NCBI GenBank assembly: GCA_030619985.1
Contig: JAUXAI010000041.1
Location: forward strand, 1-11,178
Length of the DNA: 11,178 nucleotides
Origin: a bacterium
GTDB lineage: Bacteria > UBP18 > UBA7526
Direction: 5' to 3'
The notes under the pieces were generated by a model that saw nothing but the letters and a program-made list of their open reading frames with translations, did not search any database and was not told the DNA's origin. Numbering within the stretch: the stretch's first letter is position 1; each line of letters starts with the position of its first letter. The position numbers and the translations under genes are program-made. Below are positions 6,747 to 11,178 of this stretch, one piece after another.

Positions 6747-7168
6747 CTTTTTCCTCCTAAAAAATCGTCTATCTTCTTAAGGCCCTCTGCACAGTATCCC
6801 ATTTTTAGCCAGGGACAATCCTTACAGATGACTGATAAATCACCTGGCTTGATCTTCTTCTTTACCGAATCCAGGACTTCCTTTATAGTCAATATATCCT
6901 CAGCTTTGAGATCCAGCCTTCCTGCTACCTGGCTATCTCTTTCCCTGACCCTTTCTTCACCCCCTACCGCTTCATTCTCGCAAAGTCCATTAATATTAAA
7001 AGGACAGGCGGCACAGATATCATCACAGCCTTCTATCAACTCAATCTCTAAGGTGGGATTATCCTTTATTTTTTGAATGACTCTTTCCATCCCTTTAATA
7101 AATTTCTCATCATATCCCAATCCCCGAAAGCCAAAAATGCATAAGAGATGATGAAGGCGCAGTCTCAT
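6743..7168 (-). CDS. DUF1284-like Cys-rich protein (MRLRLHHLLCIFGFRGLGY… N-terminus; CxxxCxxC plus additional Cys pairs)
   Basis: 141 aa. N-terminal HHLLC…F.G.GY pattern recalled from DUF1284. Eight cysteines including C-D-D-I-C-A-A-C-P and C-K-D-C-P, suggesting metal/Fe-S binding. First gene of a 3-gene minus-strand cluster (this, beta-barrel, bioY). Confidence 0.5.
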   Translation of the reverse strand: MRLRLHHLLCIFGFRGLGYDEKFIKGMERVIQKIKDNPTLEIELIEGCDDICAACPFNINGLCENEAVGGEERVRERDSQVAGRLDLKAEDILTIKEVLDSVKKKIKPGDLSVICKDCPWLKMGYCAEGLKKIDDFLGGKR

Positions 7169-7201
7169 CTGTTAACCTCTTTTTAATTTTGGTTAACTAT
7201 T

Positions 7202-7230
7202 ATGATAAAACAAACTTTTCTATTTGTCAA
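7202..7230 (-). promoter_or_regulatory. Promoter for the DUF1284 operon: -35 TTGACA (complement of 7225-7230), 17-nt spacer, -10 TATCAT (complement of 7202-7207)
   Basis: Read directly. The -35 is fused to GCCCCGTTA (7231-7239), as at leuS. Confidence 0.45.
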
Positions 7231-7271
7231 GCCCCGTTAAGATTTTTAACGGGGCAAGTATTTCTTGACAA
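7224..7271. promoter_or_regulatory. Palindromic divergent-promoter core: TTGTCAAGCCCCGTTAA (7224-7240) / TTAACGGGGC-aagtatttc-TTGACAA (7246-7271). Inner 9-bp arms CCCCGTTAA/TTAACGGGG can form a hairpin with loop GATTT
   Basis: Read directly. Each arm carries a -35 TTGACA pointing outward: one toward the DUF1284 operon (minus strand), one toward tRNA-Ala (plus strand). Confidence 0.6.
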
Positions 7272-7293
7272 GTCTAAAAAAATAGGATAAGAT
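7265..7293 (+). promoter_or_regulatory. Promoter for tRNA-Ala: -35 TTGACA (7265-7270), 17-nt spacer, -10 TAAGAT (7288-7293)
   Basis: Read directly. Predicted TSS ~7300, i.e. a ~7-nt 5' leader before the mature tRNA 5' end at 7307. Confidence 0.5.
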
Positions 7294-7306
7294 GAGAATA
7301 AAGGAT

Positions 7307-7382
<76 letters not shown>

Positions 7383-7385
7383 TAA

Positions 7386-7424
7386 CACGGATGCACACAG
7401 ATAACAGCACGGATTGACACAGAT
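7386..7424 (+). promoter_or_regulatory. Array of four CAC[G/A]GAT direct repeats (7386, 7396, 7408, 7418; 10-12 bp phasing) directly after tRNA-Ala and upstream of the SPFH gene; two inverted copies ATCCGTGT at 7438-7445 and 7477-7484
   Basis: Read directly. The last inverted copy abuts the RBS: gaaATCCGTGTCTAAGGAGGaaaaaATG. Confidence 0.5.
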
Positions 7425-7498
7425 TTATCCATAATTATCCGTGTATTTAATCCTAAATAGTGAGCAGAACAAAGAAATCCGTGTCTAAGGAGGAAAAA

Positions 7499-8488
7499 AT
7501 GGAATATCCGAGAAGAGAGACGCTGAGGATGGAGGACTTACTGCGTATGGCTCCCAGAGAAGGGGGAAGGATAAACCCGGTAGCCACGATACTCTTCATT
7601 ATTATTGCCGGGATAGGAATAGGATTGAGTTCCTACTTCCAAAACTTTATCTGGGGAATCCCCTTCTTTCTACTTGCTTTCTTGGTGGGAGCAGCACTGA
7701 AGATCGCCTCCCAGTGGGAGAGGGTAATTATCTTAAAATTGGGGAAGTTCCATCGCATGAAAGGCCCGGGACTATTCTGGGTTATTCCCATTATAGAAAG
7801 CATCCCCTACTGGATAGATATCAGGGTCTGGGCTACGGATATCAGGGCAGAACAGACTCTCACCAAAGATAATGTTCCAGTGGATGTGGATGCCATTGTA
7901 TTCTGGAAGGTCTTCGATCCCGAGAAGGCTGCTTTAGAGGTAGAGAACTATAGGGCAGCCATCTCCCTGGCCTCCCAGACCGCTTTGAGGGATACTATAG
8001 GAAAGACCTCACTCTCTGAGATGCTCGTGGGAAGGGAAAGATTGGATGTTGACCTCAAGAAGAGGATTGATGATCGGAGTGATCCCTGGGGGATCTCGGT
8101 TCAGTCTGTGGAGATCAGGGAGGTATTAATTCCTCAGGCACTACAGAAGGCCATGTCCATGCAGGCCCAGGCAGAGAGGGAGAAGCAGGCCCGGGTTCTC
8201 CTGGGTGAATCAGAGAAGTTAATCGCCGGCAAGTTTGAAGAAGCGGCAAAGACTTATGCCAACAACCCCACTGCTTTACATCTCAGGGCTATGAATATGC
8301 TCTATGAAGGATTGAAGGAGAAGGCCACCATCTTGATCGTTCCCTCTACGGCAGTAGATACCATGAATATAGGTGCTTTTGCGGGATTGACCGCCCTGGC
8401 CAAGATAACAACAAAGGAGATGGAGACCGAAGAGAAGAAGGAGAAGGAAAAAGAGAAAGAGCCACCGCCAAAGGCGGGAAAAAAGTAA
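7499..8488 (+). CDS. SPFH/band-7 (stomatin/prohibitin-like) membrane protein
   Basis: N-terminal hydrophobic anchor (…ILFIIIAGIGIGLSS…FFLLAFLVGAAL…) followed by an SPFH core (…WERVIILKLGKF…GPGLFWVIPIIE…VDVDAIVFWKV.DP…), then a coiled-coil region and a charged KE-rich tail. The track start 7460 is GTG. ATG 7499 has a strong SD, AAGGAGG with a 5-nt spacer. No NfeD partner gene is adjacent. Confidence 0.85.
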   Translation: MEYPRRETLRMEDLLRMAPREGGRINPVATILFIIIAGIGIGLSSYFQNFIWGIPFFLLAFLVGAALKIASQWERVIILKLGKFHRMKGPGLFWVIPIIESIPYWIDIRVWATDIRAEQTLTKDNVPVDVDAIVFWKVFDPEKAALEVENYRAAISLASQTALRDTIGKTSLSEMLVGRERLDVDLKKRIDDRSDPWGISVQSVEIREVLIPQALQKAMSMQAQAEREKQARVLLGESEKLIAGKFEEAAKTYANNPTALHLRAMNMLYEGLKEKATILIVPSTAVDTMNIGAFAGLTALAKITTKEMETEEKKEKEKEKEPPPKAGKK

Positions 8489-8503
8489 TAAATATTAGGG
8501 AAT

Positions 8504-8540
8504 AAAAAAAGGTCGTCCTTTTGGACGGCCTTTCCTTTTT
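8504..8540. terminator. Bidirectional rho-independent terminator between convergent SPFH (+) and pseudopilin (-) genes: A7-AGGTCGTCC-tttt-GGACGGCCT-TTCCTTTTT
   Basis: Read directly. 9-bp stem (one G-U pair), 4-nt loop, T-run on the plus strand (8531-8540) and A-run (= T-run on the minus strand) at 8504-8510. Confidence 0.65.
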
Positions 8541-8548
8541 GTCAATTA

Positions 8549-9034
8549 TTACTTAATGCAGGTTCTCACAATATCTGCATTCCAGCCCGTTCCTCCTGAT
8601 ACCCCATCCTTTCCATAAGAGACGATATCACAAGAGCCATCACTATTGCACTGATAGACATACTTGTTTCCCCAGGGATCTGTGGGCTCTTCCGCTGTCA
8701 CCCCTCTGCAGCCGCATCCCCCGCCGGTAGTGACAGCAAATCTTCGATACTTTATGTATGGCCCATTCCAGGCATCGAGGTCTTCATCTCCTTCAGCAGA
8801 TGGTTTCTTTACCAGGGCAGGAAGACCTTGATCCGTAGAGGGGAAATGTCCGATGCTAAGGCGATACATTTCCAAAGAGATGCTGAAGATATCCATCTCT
8901 GCCTTGACTGCTCTTACCCTTGTTTCCTCTTTACGATGGGGAATGATCTTCACCGAAGCAATAGCGGCTATTAGTCCCACGATGACTACCACTACCATGA
9001 GTTCGATTAAGGTTATGCCTCTCCTTCTATTCAT
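8549..9034 (-). CDS. gspG: Type II secretion / type IV pilin-like major pseudopilin, GspG family, orphan and Cys-rich
   Basis: N-terminus MNRRRGITLIELMVVVVIVGLIAAIA is a class III (prepilin) signal with G|ITLIE processing/methylation motif. The body matches GspG (…EMDIFSISLEMYRL.IGHFPSTDQGLPALVKKPSAEG…, …DPWGNKYVY…DIVSYGKDGVSGGTG.NADI…). Seven Cys (…GGGCGCRG…QCNSDGSCD…RTCIK) is unusual for GspG. The track start 9067 is TTG. ATG 9034 gives the canonical prepilin N-terminus but has no obvious SD. Confidence 0.8.
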   Translation of the reverse strand: MNRRRGITLIELMVVVVIVGLIAAIASVKIIPHRKEETRVRAVKAEMDIFSISLEMYRLSIGHFPSTDQGLPALVKKPSAEGDEDLDAWNGPYIKYRRFAVTTGGGCGCRGVTAEEPTDPWGNKYVYQCNSDGSCDIVSYGKDGVSGGTGWNADIVRTCIK

Positions 9035-9072
9035 TCTATTGCCTATTTTAAGGTATCGAAATTTCAATAAAA

Positions 9073-9145
9073 CAAGGTTCTCCGATGAAATCGGAGGTTC
9101 TTAATTCGTAGAATCAAGGTTCTCGCGAAGCGAGGTTCTTATTTT
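9073..9145. other. Tandem duplicated hairpin module: [CAAGGTT]-CTCCGAT-gaa-ATCGGAG-[GTTCTTAATT] (9073-9106) and [CAAGGTT]-CTCGC-gaa-GCGAG-[GTTCTTATTTT] (9115-9145)
   Basis: Read directly. Identical flanks and identical GAA loops, with different but still self-complementary stems (compensatory changes). Lies between the stop of the basic-protein gene (9139-9141, inside the second unit) and the pseudopilin gene. Confidence 0.55.
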
Positions 9146-9492
9146 CTTAATCGCTTGATCTCTTTCTCTTTCTTTCGAATCTTGGTCTCCAGATTCCTTA
9201 TCTCTTCACTCAGGGATTTCAGGTTCTTTTCGGAAATCTTTCCGCTTTTAATCAGGCGGTAAGTCTTCTTCCCCAGCTCCTTTAGTTTTCTATCCCTTTT
9301 CTGAACCAAAGGAACGATCTCCAGTCTCAACCTGCTAATCCTGGCTGTCTTTCCCGCCCCTTCCTTCGCCTTCTTGGCCAGAGCGGTCGTTCTTTTCCTA
9401 AATTCCGCCAGCCTCTTCCTCGCCTCTTCCAAATCCTTAATGAGGCTCTTCTTCGTCCTCTCCAGAATCCCTTCTATCTTCTTCTTTGCCAT
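9139..9492 (-). CDS. Small highly basic (K/R-rich) predicted coiled-coil protein, function unknown
   Basis: 117 aa, ~35% K+R, heptad-like charged pattern (…LEEARKRLAEFRKRTTALAKKAKE…, …EEIRNLETKIRKKEKEIKRLRK). SD GGAGGGAG lies 4 nt upstream of ATG 9492. No family recognised. Could be nucleoid-associated, phasin-like or ribosome-associated. Confidence 0.6.
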   Translation of the reverse strand: MAKKKIEGILERTKKSLIKDLEEARKRLAEFRKRTTALAKKAKEGAGKTARISRLRLEIVPLVQKRDRKLKELGKKTYRLIKSGKISEKNLKSLSEEIRNLETKIRKKEKEIKRLRK

Positions 9493-9505
9493 CTCTCCCT
9501 CCTAT

Positions 9506-9563
9506 ACACGGATTTCTTTTTACCGCTTATTGCGTTAGTTTAAAAACACGGATGGTCACGGAT
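9506..9563 (-). promoter_or_regulatory. Three CACGGAT repeats (plus strand 9507-9513, 9547-9553, 9557-9563), read in gene orientation as ATCCGTG, in the 5' region of the basic-protein gene
   Basis: Read directly. The proximal copy abuts the RBS: gaaATCCGTGTATAGGAGGGAGAGATG. Confidence 0.5.
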
Positions 9564-9578
9564 AAATTATAAGCGCGC

Positions 9579-9611
9579 CTGTCCGTCCGATCGCCTCTGG
9601 CGGACGGACGG
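9579..9611. other. GC-rich perfect hairpin: C-T-GTCCGTCCG (9579-9589) / loop ATCGCCTCTGG / CGGACGGAC-G-G (9601-9611), inside the long leader of the basic-protein gene
   Basis: Read directly. 9 perfect bp, extendable to 11 with a G-U pair. Embedded in AT-rich sequence with no adjacent U-run on either strand, so not a canonical intrinsic terminator. Confidence 0.6.
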
Positions 9612-9693
9612 AAATTATTGCGAACATTATAACTGCAAAGACGCAAAATTTAATTTAAAAACGCAAAACTGAGATTCCTTGTTGCTTTATCAT

Positions 9694-9722
9694 ATTATAG
9701 TATATTATTTGGACTTTTGCAA
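9694..9722 (-). promoter_or_regulatory. Putative promoter: -35 TTGCAA (9717-9722), 17-nt spacer, -10 TATAAT (complement of 9694-9699), immediately after the nfo stop
   Basis: Read directly. It would give a ~190-nt leader for the basic-protein gene, containing the GC hairpin and the ATCCGTG repeats. Confidence 0.4.
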
Positions 9723-9726
9723 GTAA

Positions 9727-10569
9727 TTATCTGGCCAATCTTCGCAGAGTGGCCAAGTTCTTTAAATCATCCCCTGGTTCTTTAAAGGGGGTCTCAATGA
9801 TGATTGGTAGATTTATTATCGCTGGATGATGCAATAATGCCCGGAACCCTTCCTCTCCAATATATCCCTTTCCAATGTGCCAGTGGCGATCGATATGGGA
9901 ACCTAAAGGACTTTTGGAGTCATTGGCGTGGATAACCTTTAGTTTCTTCAAGCCAATTAAATTATCAAATAATTTCAAGGTTTTAGAGACTGCCTTCTTC
10001 GTCCTAAAATCATACCCACTGGCAAAGCCATGACAGGTATCGAAACAGACCCCGATCCTTTCCTTCTCTTTGATACTTTTGATAATTTTTGCAAGCTCCT
10101 CGAACCTGCTGCCTAACTCTCTTCCTCCCCCTGCGGTATTCTCTAAAAGGAGCATGACATCGTTCTTTACTTTAACAAAAGCAGTATTTATTCCTTCGGT
10201 CACTCTCGCTATTCCTTCTTCCCGGCTGGAAAGGTCGGAAAAGCTTCCGATATGAGTAACGAGATAAGGCGCTCCCAAGACCTCGGATCTTCTTAAGTCT
10301 TCTTCTAAGGCATTGACTGATTTAAGATATAATCCAATTTTAGGAGAGGCTAGGTTGGGAAGATAGGGCATATGAACGATGAGGGGATGGATGTCAAATC
10401 TTTCTAAATCATCCCTCAGTCTCTTTGCTTCATCGGAAAGGAGTTCTTTGAGTTGCCATCCCCTTGGGTTTCGAGAGAAGATCTGGGCAGTATTGCATCC
10501 TATCCTTTTGGCCCTCTCTGCCACCTGATATATCTTACCCGCAATGGAGATGTGAGCCCCAAACCTCAT
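9727..10569 (-). CDS. nfo: Endonuclease IV (AP endonuclease family 2)
   Basis: 280 aa with Endo IV signatures: …GAHIS…, …IHPLIVHMPYLPNLAS…, …YLVTHIGS…, …LLENTAGGG…, …CFDTCHGFASGYD…, …HANDSK….G.H.DRH. ATG 10569 overlaps the stop of the upstream gene (ATGA). Confidence 0.9.
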   Translation of the reverse strand: MRFGAHISIAGKIYQVAERAKRIGCNTAQIFSRNPRGWQLKELLSDEAKRLRDDLERFDIHPLIVHMPYLPNLASPKIGLYLKSVNALEEDLRRSEVLGAPYLVTHIGSFSDLSSREEGIARVTEGINTAFVKVKNDVMLLLENTAGGGRELGSRFEELAKIIKSIKEKERIGVCFDTCHGFASGYDFRTKKAVSKTLKLFDNLIGLKKLKVIHANDSKSPLGSHIDRHWHIGKGYIGEEGFRALLHHPAIINLPIIIETPFKEPGDDLKNLATLRRLAR

Positions 10570-11178
10570 CTTAATTTCCTACGGACAAGGGGAAGGATGG
10601 CTATAATAAGGAGGAAGGCTCCAAAACACAAGAGGATGTTTCCTAAAATGAGGAGGATTTCATTATACTCAAGGTAGCGAACCCAGAGATTCAAGAATAT
10701 AATCCCTTTGGAGAAAAGAAGGAGGGCTATTCCAATTACCGCTAAGTTTAAAAGCATGGGTTTCATCTTAAAAAGGCACAAAAAGAAATAGGATATAATC
10801 GACCAGATAATCCAGGATAAGAGCCGAAAACCATTTAGACTGGAGAAGTAGTAGAATGAGCCGACAAATGGCTCGAAGAAATACCTTACTCTATTTTGAG
10901 GTTCAATCCTGTCATAGAGAATTACCTTGAATAGATTTACTTTTCTGTTACGCAGGGCAGCGAGTATTGCCTCTTCTTTTTTCTTTTTGTTCAGATTGGA
11001 CCAATCCGCTATATGGATTGAGGTCCAGATATGAGAAGCACTTCCCCAGCCATGCCAGTTGCTTGACCCAAGCATGATGAGATTATTTCCCTGGCAGACA
11101 TCTTTGATTGCTTCTCGAATAGATCTTTCAGGCCCCAGGGCGCGTGCAGTATAGATCTCAAACCCATCCACTCCAGCC
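10566..11178 (-). CDS. Partial CDS (N-terminus beyond right window edge): soluble domain followed by 3-4 C-terminal TM helices; possibly a glycoside-hydrolase-like TIM-barrel family member
   Basis: The frame is open from 11178 to the stop at 10566 (…AGVDGFEIYTARALGPERSIREAIKDVCQGNNLIMLGSSNWHGWG…, then hydrophobic …LLNLAVIGIALLLF…ILLILGNILLCFGAFLLIIAILPLV). The track start 11171 is GTG in an open frame, so the gene probably continues upstream. The VDGFEI motif is reminiscent of the DG[IF]h.D motif of GHL10-type hydrolases; weak. Confidence 0.55.
   Translation of the reverse strand, partial: AGVDGFEIYTARALGPERSIREAIKDVCQGNNLIMLGSSNWHGWGSASHIWTSIHIADWSNLNKKKKEEAILAALRNRKVNLFKVILYDRIEPQNRVRYFFEPFVGSFYYFSSLNGFRLLSWIIWSIISYFFLCLFKMKPMLLNLAVIGIALLLFSKGIIFLNLWVRYLEYNEILLILGNILLCFGAFLLIIAILPLVRRKLR

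Noticed and set aside
7169-7306. Possible mobile-element or integration junction at the tRNA-Ala locus
   Set aside because: No integrase or transposase, no direct repeat of the tRNA 3' end, and the flanking genes look like core housekeeping genes. The palindrome is better explained as a divergent promoter.
9034-9073. Canonical sigma70 promoter for the pseudopilin gene
   Set aside because: Only a TAAAAT -10-like hexamer ~10 nt before the ATG, with no convincing -35 at 16-18 nt. Mentioned as a leaderless possibility in findings but not annotated as a feature.

Overview
AT-rich (~40% GC) chromosomal segment from a diderm bacterium, probably an uncultivated lineage, with short intergenic spacers and a K/E-rich proteome. 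Ten of eleven genes are on the minus strand. Order, left to right: partial APC-type amino-acid permease; LptE-like lipoprotein; leucyl-tRNA synthetase (leuS, conserved leuS->lptE order); BioY; a putative outer-membrane beta-barrel gene translationally coupled (ATGA overlap) to a Cys-rich DUF1284-like gene; tRNA-Ala(GGC) on the plus strand; an SPFH/band-7 membrane protein on the plus strand; an orphan GspG-like pseudopilin; a small very basic coiled-coil protein; endonuclease IV (nfo), ATGA-coupled to a partial membrane-anchored protein that runs off the right edge. Several ORF-track starts are alternative upstream codons; better starts with Shine-Dalgarno sites are proposed for leuS, bioY, the SPFH gene and the pseudopilin. 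The most notable content is regulatory or structural rather than protein-coding. (i) A 7-mer ATC[C/T]GTG (= CAC[G/A]GAT) occurs in direct-repeat arrays with 10-11 bp phasing upstream of three unrelated genes, plus a near-identical copy abutting each gene's RBS. (ii) A 16-nt element TTG(T)CAAGCCCCGTTA is fused to the -35 box of three promoters, including a palindromic divergent promoter. (iii) Three in-frame insertions in leuS are built from tandem 7- and 8-nt microsatellites, and a fourth from a GC-rich segment. (iv) A tandem pair of GAA-loop hairpins with compensatory stem changes sits between the basic-protein gene and the pseudopilin gene. No CRISPR array, IS element or integrase was recognised.
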